Shown here: one piece after another, positions 1 through 7,957 of the stretch
Layout of the letters: every line of letters starts with the position of its first letter
Numbering within the stretch: position 1 is the stretch's first letter
Assembly: GCA_963664875.1 (NCBI GenBank)
Contig: OY761611.1
Span: 3,520,001-3,584,000 of the forward strand
Reading direction: 5' to 3'
Source: Candidatus Kapaibacterium sp.
GTDB lineage: Bacteria > Bacteroidota > Ignavibacteria > Kapaibacteriales > UBA2268
Length of the DNA stretch: 64,000 bases
Program-made: the position numbers and the translations under genes
Notes under the pieces: model-generated
Databases searched by the model: none
Seen by the model: the letters and a program-made list of their open reading frames with translations, nothing else
What the model was told of the DNA's origin: nothing

Positions 1-1
1 A

Positions 2-298
2 ATTGAAAAAATTGATGCTAATCATAGTCTTCGAAAAGATTATAAATCTCGTTTAATTGGTAAATTAGAGTTGTATCTATTAAGGGATTCTATGACGATG
101 AATAACATCGATATTGATTTAGCTCTTAGTTTGAATAATCAATATCTATCAAAACATATAGGATATAAGAATAGATTTAAATGGCCTCCTTCTTTAGATC
201 TCTTCCAAGATAGCATCTTTTCTGAAGAACTATATTGGTATTTTGAGGAAGACATATCAGAAATAAAAATTACGAGTTTACATATTGATAGTTTATAA
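2..298 (+). CDS. 3' part of a hypothetical protein running in from the window edge (possibly an RHS-toxin immunity protein)
   Basis: Frame is open from base 2 (IEKIDANHSLRKDYKSRLIGKLELYLLRDS...) to TAA at 296-298. Lies immediately upstream of an RHS-core remnant. Function is inferred from position only. Confidence 0.5.
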   Translation: MEKIDANHSLRKDYKSRLIGKLELYLLRDSMTMNNIDIDLALSLNNQYLSKHIGYKNRFKWPPSLDLFQDSIFSEELYWYFEEDISEIKITSLHIDSL

Positions 299-360
299 GG
301 CAGAAGCATTTAAATCTTTTGGGCTATAGCCCTAACCCAGCTTGAGTTTTTAGTAGATAG

Positions 361-564
361 CAAACCGAAAAATTTGATTATCTTCCATTTGGAAAGCTAG
401 CTCCTGCCATAAGTGGCGACGACGACCAGCGCACCGCCTACCTCGGCAAAGAACTTGACCGAGAAAGCGACCTGGGCGACCACGGCGTGCGTAAAGTAGA
501 TTACGGGCTGGGCAGGTTTACTACTATAGATAGTATAAATACAGCTAACAGGGAATTGAAATAG
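361..564 (+). pseudogene. Orphan RHS repeat-associated core fragment
   Basis: Not in the ORF track. Translation from 361 gives QTEKFDYLPFGKLAPAISGDDDQRTAYLGKELDRESDLGDHGVRKVDYGLGRFTTIDS, matching the RHS core pattern YDYxPFG...Y/FxGKExDxE...R.YD..LGRF...D. No start codon; ends before the DPxG motif; visibly GC-richer than its flanks. Confidence 0.8.
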
Positions 565-585
565 TCTCTTGTTAGCTGTTTTTTT
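541..585 (+). terminator. Intrinsic terminator hairpin abutting the stop codon of integrase copy 1
   Basis: ACAGCTAACA(541-550)...TGTTAGCTGT(570-579) followed by a T run. Confidence 0.65.
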
Positions 586-1760
586 ACTCCCCAAAAACCT
601 TGCTAAAACTCTCTATTGCTTTATCTCTGCTCGGATTAACATAAATATCAAAACTACGCCGATTCCTATGACCGGATATTTTCATCACCTCTTCGGGAAG
701 CATTCCGGCTTTCAATGCAAGAGTTATCATAGTTCGACGGGCAGTATTAGAGGAGATGAGCTTGTATTTTGGAACAACATGTTCTTCTTTAACTATTCCA
801 CGTATAATTGTATATGCAATCGGTTTAGTAATTTCTGCATCTTTGCAAATTTCTTTTATTTTGGAATTGTAGGTCTTTGTATCATTTTGTGGAAATTGTT
901 TAGGATATTTAAGTAATATCCCTTTTATATATGAGTTAAAAGGAACAATAACATTTTCTCCGGTCTTCTCGGTAGTAAGATATATCCGCTGATTATCCAT
1001 ATCTAATTTAGTCGGATTTAATCGGAGCAAATCAGAAATTCTAATTCCGGTATGAAGCTGAATCAGAAACAAATCCTTAGTGATTTCTAAATGTGGCTTA
1101 GGAACTAAATCTTTAACCGCCTCTATTTCTTCAAAATCAAGGGTAACATACTTGTTCTCCTGCCCTTTATGTGTCGTAGCAGATTTAATATAAGAGCGAA
1201 ACTGAATAGTGGTAATCAAACCTTTAGAAGCGTAATAGTTAAGAGCAGTCTTAATATTCTTATTAGCAATATAAACTGTATTGTTGTTTAGACCCTTATT
1301 ATGCAGATAATTCTCAAATTTCTTCCAAATAATCTCATCAAGATTACGAATAGTTATTACAATTTTGGTTTCATTCTGAAAATCAGCAAGTTTCTTCTTA
1401 GAGTTATAAAAGCACTCGTTAGTGCGATCAGCTCGAGTATGTTTAGTCAATTCAATATAATTAGAAAAAAGAGTTAGAAGGTCTTCTGCATCATTGTTAC
1501 TAATATTAGGATTTTTCAGCTGTTTTATATACTCCTTAATATCATTTTTGTTAAGCACAAGATTTTCTAACTTTGCCTTTGAGCAGAAATTGTTTATTTT
1601 AGACTTAAAGTCATCCAACAGCACATTAGTTTCATCGCTATGAAGCACTGAAGGCTTAATACGATTATGCTTTTTATCCCAAGCTTTGGTTTTGATTTTA
1701 ATTCCGGTAGAAACCTGAACACGAAAACCATTGACAGAGACGTTCATCATAATAGTAGTA
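582..1760. repeat. Direct repeat (integrase body), partner at ~23536-24714
   Basis: Near-identical sequence begins at the integrase stop codon in both copies and ends at ...CATCATAATAG(T/A)AGTAT. Confidence 0.95.
584..1750 (-). pseudogene. Tyrosine recombinase/integrase copy 1, 5'-truncated with a catalytic His-to-Asn change (probably inactive)
   Basis: ~98% identical (about 22 mismatches counted by eye) to 23538-24704. Lacks the N-terminal MAKISFYLNKPDLPDT segment and the upstream promoter region. Box II reads SSNTARR versus SSHTARR in copy 2. Confidence 0.8.
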
Positions 1761-1840
1761 TGGTGTAGTACATGTAAATATTATATATATAAGTTATATA
1801 TGCAATATTTCTATTTTAACAACTAACTTATAACTAACAC
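1747..1840. promoter_or_regulatory. Putative left attachment site (core plus arm-type repeats)
   Basis: TCATA-N7-TATGG at the exact point where integrase-copy homology ends; AACTAACTTATAACTAACA at 1821-1839. Confidence 0.6.
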
Positions 1841-1991
1841 TATTATCTTTACACAAATGCCGCTAATCCTTTGAGTTTTATCTTATTTGTATCTAAATTT
1901 ACAAATATTTTACAAATATAAACAATAGATTTTTGAATTCTGGTGGTTTATTTTATTTTTGAAGTATTGATAATCATAAGTATGGAATCAA

Positions 1992-2963
1992 ATGGAAGAC
2001 AAAAACAATATTAAAATAGACAACAATCTGATAAAAGCCACAGCCGGATTAAACATCGCTCTTGAAGTCTTAATAAAAATGAATAAAGATGACAAATCTC
2101 TGCTTAAAGATGTTCTTACTAAATATGATTTATCAGGCTTTGCTTTACAACAAAGTAATAACACGAGTGATCTTACTAAAGAATTAGATAGATTATTTAA
2201 AAATGGTGCTGTGGAGAAAGCAATTAACAGTTTATTGAAACAAGTGCCATCTAATTCACTCACAGAAAACTATGAGATGAAGGCAAAAAAATGCTCGACC
2301 TATGAAGAGGAATATCAAGTTTACTTAGAATATCGAAAAAGATATAATGCTATTGTTGCTAATGTTGCAAATAACCTTAAAATAGCTACTCTACAAGCAT
2401 TTACTACAATAGACTTGTTTTCTTTCGATAACATTGAGCTTGCAAATAATGCTAAGTTTGTTTTACAGGGATTTTTAAAACTGTTGTTGCTACAAATTGA
2501 TGATTTTCCTTCTATCTCTGATGAAATTGAATCTGAGATTGCAAGATTGAAAGAGGACATCAGAGATAAGCGAAAGAAGTATTCAGAGGATGCTACAATT
2601 TTAAAAAGTTTTGATTATATGCTGACGACTGAATCTCCAACTAAAACTACCAGGATTATTTTTGCTCTTATTGCTAATGGTATTATTCTTGATAAAAGTG
2701 GCAATAAAATCCCGATTGAGCAAGCAAAACGAGTTACAAAAGATTTCATTATTGCATTCAACGGCACAGATCATGCCTATACTAAAACCTTCATGCATAA
2801 ATTGGATGACTTGAAGAAGGAATATATTTTTGATTGGGTTCCGGAACAAAAAACAAAATTTGTTAAAAAATCTAATAAAGAATATACAACTAACATTTTG
2901 GACTTCATCGAATTAAATGAAGCTTTGTTTGAATCTTTTAACTCGCTAATGAAGAAGAAATAA
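1992..2963 (+). CDS. Hypothetical protein (323 aa, helical/charged), element backbone gene upstream of the excisionase-like gene
   Basis: Long ORF; no recognisable motif. Confidence 0.75.
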   Translation: MEDKNNIKIDNNLIKATAGLNIALEVLIKMNKDDKSLLKDVLTKYDLSGFALQQSNNTSDLTKELDRLFKNGAVEKAINSLLKQVPSNSLTENYEMKAKKCSTYEEEYQVYLEYRKRYNAIVANVANNLKIATLQAFTTIDLFSFDNIELANNAKFVLQGFLKLLLLQIDDFPSISDEIESEIARLKEDIRDKRKKYSEDATILKSFDYMLTTESPTKTTRIIFALIANGIILDKSGNKIPIEQAKRVTKDFIIAFNGTDHAYTKTFMHKLDDLKKEYIFDWVPEQKTKFVKKSNKEYTTNILDFIELNEALFESFNSLMKKK

Positions 2964-3145
2964 ATGCCGAATTTACGGAACCTATCCGGTTCCGAGTTTT
3001 TAGCGATCTTTCAAAACATAGATTATAGCTGAGTTTCCCGATAAATATACGGAATTCCGAGTAATTCACTTCATTATAGGATATAAATATATTATTTTGG
3101 AGTAAAATATTTGGAAATATGTTTAAAGAAAGAATGGGTGGAAAA

Positions 3146-3451
3146 ATGACACAAACCAATTTTGAAGAATTTATTCTTGTACCGAAGGCTTATTACAACG
3201 AATTGCTTCGTCTATCGGATTTGAAATCGAGTCCGGTAGAAACTACAGTTGCGGAAGTTCAACCAAATGCAAAATATCTTACAACTGATGATGTTATGGA
3301 AATGTTAGGTGTGTCAAGAACTACAATCAAAAATTGGCGTGATAACAAATTATTACCATATCGTAAATTTGGTAGAAGCGTTAGATTTACTATGGAAGAT
3401 GTCAAGAAATTAGAAAGAGAAAAACTTGGGAAAAGCCTACTAATCAGCTAA
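3146..3451 (+). CDS. Excisionase-like helix-turn-helix (HTH_17/MerR-type) DNA-binding protein
   Basis: YLTTDDVMEMLGVSRTTIKNWRDNKLLPYRKFGRSVRF is a typical Xis/HTH_17 signature. ATG at 3146 has an upstream GGTGGA (ORF track start is 3119). Confidence 0.85.
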   Translation: MTQTNFEEFILVPKAYYNELLRLSDLKSSPVETTVAEVQPNAKYLTTDDVMEMLGVSRTTIKNWRDNKLLPYRKFGRSVRFTMEDVKKLEREKLGKSLLIS

Positions 3452-3475
3452 TGGTTCTATTTTATACTTTGATAT

Positions 3476-3515
3476 AAAAGCATACTTTTCGGCAATCGTA
3501 CAAAGTATGCTTTTT
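3476..3515 (+). terminator. Intrinsic terminator after the excisionase-like gene
   Basis: AAAAGCATACTT...AAGTATGCTTTT inverted repeat. Confidence 0.7.
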
Positions 3516-3791
3516 TGCTTGAATCTATACCATTTCACAGTCATCTTAATTATCCTCTACTTCAATCCGGTTAAATGCTGCAATTTTAAATTTACGCTAA
3601 AAAATGTCTGCACTGAATTAAACAACTCCAAGTCCATCATATTCATAATCAATCTCGTAATCAAAACCGATTTAAGTATTTCAAAAGAAATGCATTATAT
3701 TCTTTATGATCTCAGTTTCAAATTTCTCCGGGATAATTACGCAACTCATAATTGACTCTAAGAGCTAAACATTAAATTTGCACTTCTAAAA

Positions 3792-3908
3792 TGCCGAAAA
3801 ATTCCAATTTGTACCCTAAAAATACACATTAGTACCAAAAATATCCGATTAATGCCGATAATGTTTGAAAAGTACCAAAAAAATCCAATATTTGCCGATT
3901 GATTCCAA
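3792..3908. repeat. Helically phased array A: WNCCRA-like hexamers every ~10 bp
   Basis: TGCCGA 3792, TTCCAA 3802, TACCCT 3812, TACACA 3823, TACCAA 3833, ATCCGA 3843, TGCCGA 3853, TACCAA 3873, ATCCAA 3883, TGCCGA 3893, TTCCAA 3903. Confidence 0.75.
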
Positions 3909-3942
3909 TTAGAATAACTAAGATACTTAATGGAAATTTGGA

Positions 3943-4158
3943 CTATAGTTTAAGATAATCCTGCATTAGCTTCATTTTTGCTTCTTCTGAGAGAACTTTG
4001 TCGTCTTTTGGAGAAGGTTTTTCTTTGATAAGTTCTTCCATGACTTCAGAATCCAATGGTATTTCTGCACCTATCATTCGCATGTGAAAGTTTGGATGAT
4101 TTTCAGGGTCTGCTACTGCTTTTTTCCAAGCCGGATTTATATTGTCAAAATCTAACAT
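3943..4158 (-). CDS. Small hypothetical protein (71 aa), paralog of 4638-4853
   Basis: ATG at 4158 with AGGAG 7 nt upstream. MLDFDNINPAWKKAVADPENHPNFH...SEVMEEL...DKVLSEE aligns end to end with the neighbouring ORF. Confidence 0.7.
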   Translation of the reverse strand: MLDFDNINPAWKKAVADPENHPNFHMRMIGAEIPLDSEVMEELIKEKPSPKDDKVLSEEAKMKLMQDYLKL

Positions 4159-4425
4159 TGCAAGTCTCCTTATAAAATAAAATCTGTATTTAAATATTCG
4201 GAACGAAAACATTAAGTGATGTTTGCCCTGAGAAAATATAATGTGTTTCAAAGGCATCATATTTGGGCAAGACAAAACAAGATTCTAAGTCTTAACTTCC
4301 TCTCAAATCGGAGCAAACTTCAGATATTTGTATATTTTTTTTATTGTTAATCGAATTCAATTTTGGTGCGAGCTAAGTTTACTCACCTGTCAGCTTTAAA
4401 GTCGAAAAGAAATTAGCCACCAATT

Positions 4426-4547
4426 TTACCCTTTTTTACACTTTCTGACTGTCACAATTTGTAAAATATAGTGTCAGCAGATGTCAGATACTGTAAGTGA
4501 TTGTAAAAAAAATTCAGCAGTTGTAAAATTTGTGTCAAAAAGTGTAA
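4426..4547. repeat. Helically phased array B: TGT(A/C)A pentamers every ~10 bp, with inverted copies on the left
   Basis: TGTCA/TGTAA at 4450, 4460, 4472, 4482, 4492, 4502, 4522, 4533, 4543; inverted TTACC/TTACA/TGACT at 4426, 4436, 4446. Confidence 0.75.
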
Positions 4548-4637
4548 ATAAATTCCGGTAAACAAGCCATATCAGAAACATCCTATAATTTGCAGGAAAA
4601 TTTTGTATCTATGACAGGACTCAGCACAATTTCCGAC

Positions 4638-4853
4638 TTAAAGCTTTATATATTTCTGAACAAGTTCAACCTTTTCCTCCGGAGTCAGCACTTTGTCGCC
4701 TTTTGAAGTTGGTTCTTCTTTGGTTAGTTCTTCCATGACCTCCGAGGCAAAAGGGCTGTCTCCGCCAAAAATGTCCGCATGGAAATGTGGATGATTTGCA
4801 GGGTCTTTTAATGCTTTTTTCCAGCCGTAATATTGATTGTTATTATCAGACAT
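4638..4853 (-). CDS. Small hypothetical protein (71 aa), paralog of 3943-4158
   Basis: GGGAG upstream of the ATG; WKKALKDPANHPHFH...SEVMEEL...DKVLTPEE shared with the paralog. Confidence 0.7.
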   Translation of the reverse strand: MSDNNNQYYGWKKALKDPANHPHFHADIFGGDSPFASEVMEELTKEEPTSKGDKVLTPEEKVELVQKYIKL

Positions 4854-5086
4854 TGTGGATTTCTCCCAAGTTTCAAAATTCAGTTCCTAATATAAGAAAC
4901 GATGATTTTGGGATTGGGTTACGCAGAATGGGACTATTTTATTTTATAAAATAGAATCAGGCAAATGGTATTTCACTGCCGTTTTCTTTCAAGACGCTAA
5001 GTGCTGTATATACTGTCTTAGCTGCTTTTTTCGTGTTCTGGATATTTCTTTTTTTTTTTGGGTATCTCTATTGATATTTTTTTGCT

Positions 5087-6394
5087 CTAAAAATTGTTAT
5101 AAATTTTTAAGTCAATGTTAAAATTTTTGTTTTCAATAATATGGATTATTTCTTCCTTTTCAGATTCATGATCTCTTCTACCATGAATTTGACCATTTGA
5201 GTTTATACATTCAATTAAACTGGTAAGGTTATTTTCAGAAAAGTTTTGCATGTTTCTTAATATGATACCTGCGTATATCAAATTTGCTTTATCATAGCTG
5301 CAAGCGTGACTGTAGATATCTATTAAAAATGAATGTGCATCTTCAATCAAATTGTTCTGTTCTGCTCTTTTACGTAAGATATTAAAAATTACCATACAAC
5401 TATAAATTTCACTATTGCCAAGATTAGAAACTTCTAAACTAAATCTAGAAGAGACATTTGAAAGATGATTTTTAATATCATCTGATTTATAATGTGCAAA
5501 AGCAAATGCTTGAATATCATTTTTGATAGCAACATCAATTTTGGAAAGAGTTGCTGGACTTAGAATATTGTTGATATATAGTTCAGGGAAACTACTAGTT
5601 ATTTCTACTAGAAACAAAGTACATTCATCTTCTATTTTGTTAAAATAATCAGGTTCATTTTTTATTCTATCAACAATTATAGAATTTCTATATCCCAATA
5701 AGTGTGCTAAAACAAAATTATTATAATTCCGATTATCTTTACATTCTGATGTGGTACACAACATTACTAATTTCCATAAATTCTTGAAAAGTTCGAGCAA
5801 TTGATCGTCTCTCAATTTGATAAAGTACTTTTCTTTGAGATGTAAAATCATAACTTCTTTGTCTCCATAATCCTTGGAAAACTTTTCAATGTCTAGTATC
5901 ATCTCTTTAAAAATACTGTTTTTTGAGAGATAGGGAGGTTTTGATAGTATGGATTCTATCATGGTTTTTATGAGACTACTGACTGTTTCTTTATTCATAG
6001 GAGATAATTTATAGGAATCATCAATAATTGGATGTGCACATATATTCCTCATGTTTCGCAAATTTTCAAGATATGCTTGATCAACTGTTGATAATAGGCT
6101 TGTATTCTTGCAAACTTCTTCAATCAGAATATTTTCCCATCGTGGAGATTTCGGATTATCATTTTGTTCTCTTTCAATCTTATTTAATATAGAAATTGCT
6201 TTAGAATCTTGGTATAGTTCTTTTAAATCTCTTAACTTAAGCATTAGATCCGTTAGCACTACTATATATAAAACAACTGTACATGCTCGATAACATCCGT
6301 TATTGTAAGTTGTTACTACTTCTTTGAAATATTCTTTAGTTTCTGGCGAATATATATAATTCACTGCATATTCAAGTGAAGAATTCTGTAGCAT
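5087..6394 (-). CDS. Putative HEPN-domain protein (N-terminal R-X4-H motif) with a helical C-terminal region; candidate defence RNase effector
   Basis: LENLRNMRNICAHP contains the RxxxxH motif, preceded by a HEPN-like helix (EVVTTYNNGCYRACTVVLY). Third gene of the R-M/RT operon. Confidence 0.6.
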   Translation of the reverse strand: MLQNSSLEYAVNYIYSPETKEYFKEVVTTYNNGCYRACTVVLYIVVLTDLMLKLRDLKELYQDSKAISILNKIEREQNDNPKSPRWENILIEEVCKNTSLLSTVDQAYLENLRNMRNICAHPIIDDSYKLSPMNKETVSSLIKTMIESILSKPPYLSKNSIFKEMILDIEKFSKDYGDKEVMILHLKEKYFIKLRDDQLLELFKNLWKLVMLCTTSECKDNRNYNNFVLAHLLGYRNSIIVDRIKNEPDYFNKIEDECTLFLVEITSSFPELYINNILSPATLSKIDVAIKNDIQAFAFAHYKSDDIKNHLSNVSSRFSLEVSNLGNSEIYSCMVIFNILRKRAEQNNLIEDAHSFLIDIYSHACSYDKANLIYAGIILRNMQNFSENNLTSLIECINSNGQIHGRRDHESEKEEIIHIIENKNFNIDLKIYNNF

Positions 6395-6452
6395 AAGATA
6401 CCTTTAAATTTTTGCAAACATATTAAAACAAGCATTTTAGTAGCAAATCTTA

Positions 6453-7955
6453 TTAATAAGAGAACAACTGGACTTCTTCAGGTTCAATAACAACAGGCAT
6501 TGCTTCTAATATGTCTGAATTTATTATACTAGTGGTTTTAAAAATTTGGACAATATTATCTTGTAGCCACTCTAAATTCCATATATTTTCTGAATTTGAA
6601 TGAATGGCTTTGCAAAGAGGTTCTTTTGGTTCGAAATTATAATCATATTTATGTATCATTCTTTGAAGCCATATTTCTAGAATTCCATTATGTGGAATTA
6701 ACTTGAATTTTTTCATGATTCTATTGATAAATATTCTTTGAGAATCAGCTGGTTTTAATTCTATCAAATCAGATAATATTGCTGTAGCAATAGGAAATAT
6801 CCTAGGATTTTTTATTGTTAAATTGACAATAATTGAAGAAATGACTTCAATATTCATATATTCTATTAGAGTACTTTTTTCATTATGAAAATATCTGTTA
6901 AAATCTGAAATTGCTCTTTGTACTGTGCCGGAATTTGGATGTTTTAAACTAAAGTGATAAATATTGAGAAGTTGTTTTTGGGCTGACAATTTATCATTTG
7001 ATTGCATAAACCAATCAATTTTATCTTTCTTCACCGAACTTGTGACAATATCATCAGATAAATAAGTTTTGCTGGTATTTAGTTTAAGTCCTAAACCTAT
7101 CAAAACATCATTCAAAATTTTTGCAATATCTTGAGCCAAAACTGGATTTTTTGTAAAAATTCTATAGTCATCTCGATATCTTAGAATTTTATATTCTGAT
7201 TGGTGCATATTCTTTTTTTCAAGTTCTTGTGAAAGAGTCTCATCTGCATACCCCAAAACTATCTCTGCTATAAAGTCAGACAATACACTACCTTGTGGTA
7301 TTCCATTTGTTTGTCCATAAGACATGCTTTGTAAAGCAGTATCAATTTTATTTCCCAGCAAAGATTGATCGGTACGATTCTTCTTAGAATAATCTTTTCC
7401 ATGTATAGCCCAAGGGATGCTATGGGTATATATAGCCCCATAACAATCTGTTATATCTGTAGTAAATATGTATTCAAATTCGAGAGATAGTTCTAATGAT
7501 TTTTGTTCAATATCTAACCACCAAGTTCTAACTCTTTCTGCTTTATCTGACTCATCTGTATTCGATTTCCCAGGATAGCTAGAGCATTCCACTACAGAGT
7601 TCTTAAAGTCTTGAAATTTATTTAAAATAAGTTCCCAATTGTGAGATTCAGTTAAGGTATTGACTAAATCAACATAAATAAGGGGATGAATGAGTTGAAA
7701 AGGACGCCATGCGTACTGACCATCTTTGTTACTAATAAGTTCGTAATTCACATTTGAATAATCTTTTGGTTTGTCACCTTTTAAATAGCTGTTTATTGAG
7801 TTGCCGTTTATCCGTTTAGATAAATTATCTAATAAAGGCTTGAAATCATAGTATTCCGGTAAATCTATAGAGCAATAGTTTTTACTTTCCATGAAGAATG
7901 CATTTGCTTCTTCATGAGTCATGTCGAGTATTGAAGCGTAGTCTTTCATCCCCAT
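6453..7955 (-). CDS. AbiP2-like (UG/Abi class) reverse transcriptase, anti-phage defence
   Basis: RT motifs TDITDCYGAIYTHS, QTNGIPQGS, YRDD, GLKLNTSKT. N-terminal NKDGQYAWRPFQLIHP and WWLDIEQKSLELSLE segments and the YRDD variant resemble the Abi-P2 family as I recall it. Helical C-terminal domain. Confidence 0.8.
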   Translation of the reverse strand: MGMKDYASILDMTHEEANAFFMESKNYCSIDLPEYYDFKPLLDNLSKRINGNSINSYLKGDKPKDYSNVNYELISNKDGQYAWRPFQLIHPLIYVDLVNTLTESHNWELILNKFQDFKNSVVECSSYPGKSNTDESDKAERVRTWWLDIEQKSLELSLEFEYIFTTDITDCYGAIYTHSIPWAIHGKDYSKKNRTDQSLLGNKIDTALQSMSYGQTNGIPQGSVLSDFIAEIVLGYADETLSQELEKKNMHQSEYKILRYRDDYRIFTKNPVLAQDIAKILNDVLIGLGLKLNTSKTYLSDDIVTSSVKKDKIDWFMQSNDKLSAQKQLLNIYHFSLKHPNSGTVQRAISDFNRYFHNEKSTLIEYMNIEVISSIIVNLTIKNPRIFPIATAILSDLIELKPADSQRIFINRIMKKFKLIPHNGILEIWLQRMIHKYDYNFEPKEPLCKAIHSNSENIWNLEWLQDNIVQIFKTTSIINSDILEAMPVVIEPEEVQLFSY

Positions 7956-7957
7956 CT

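Noticed and set aside
397-916. ORFs 397..594(-) and 569..916(+)
   Set aside because: Antisense shadows of the RHS remnant and of the integrase, respectively.
3507-3755. 82-aa ORF on + and a possible decayed gene on -
   Set aside because: The + ORF starts inside a terminator hairpin and has no motif. The minus-strand frames are broken by stops and could not be assigned to any family.
3792-4547. Periodic arrays as CRISPR or simple tandem repeats
   Set aside because: Units are 5-6-bp motifs at ~10-bp spacing with variable linkers. There are no 25-45-bp repeats with spacers and no cas genes.
6453-7955. RT as a retron, group II intron or DGR RT
   Set aside because: No upstream space for msr/msd, no VTG motif, no maturase/intron flanks and no TR/VR pair seen. 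The YRDD and N-terminal motifs fit the Abi-P2-like class.
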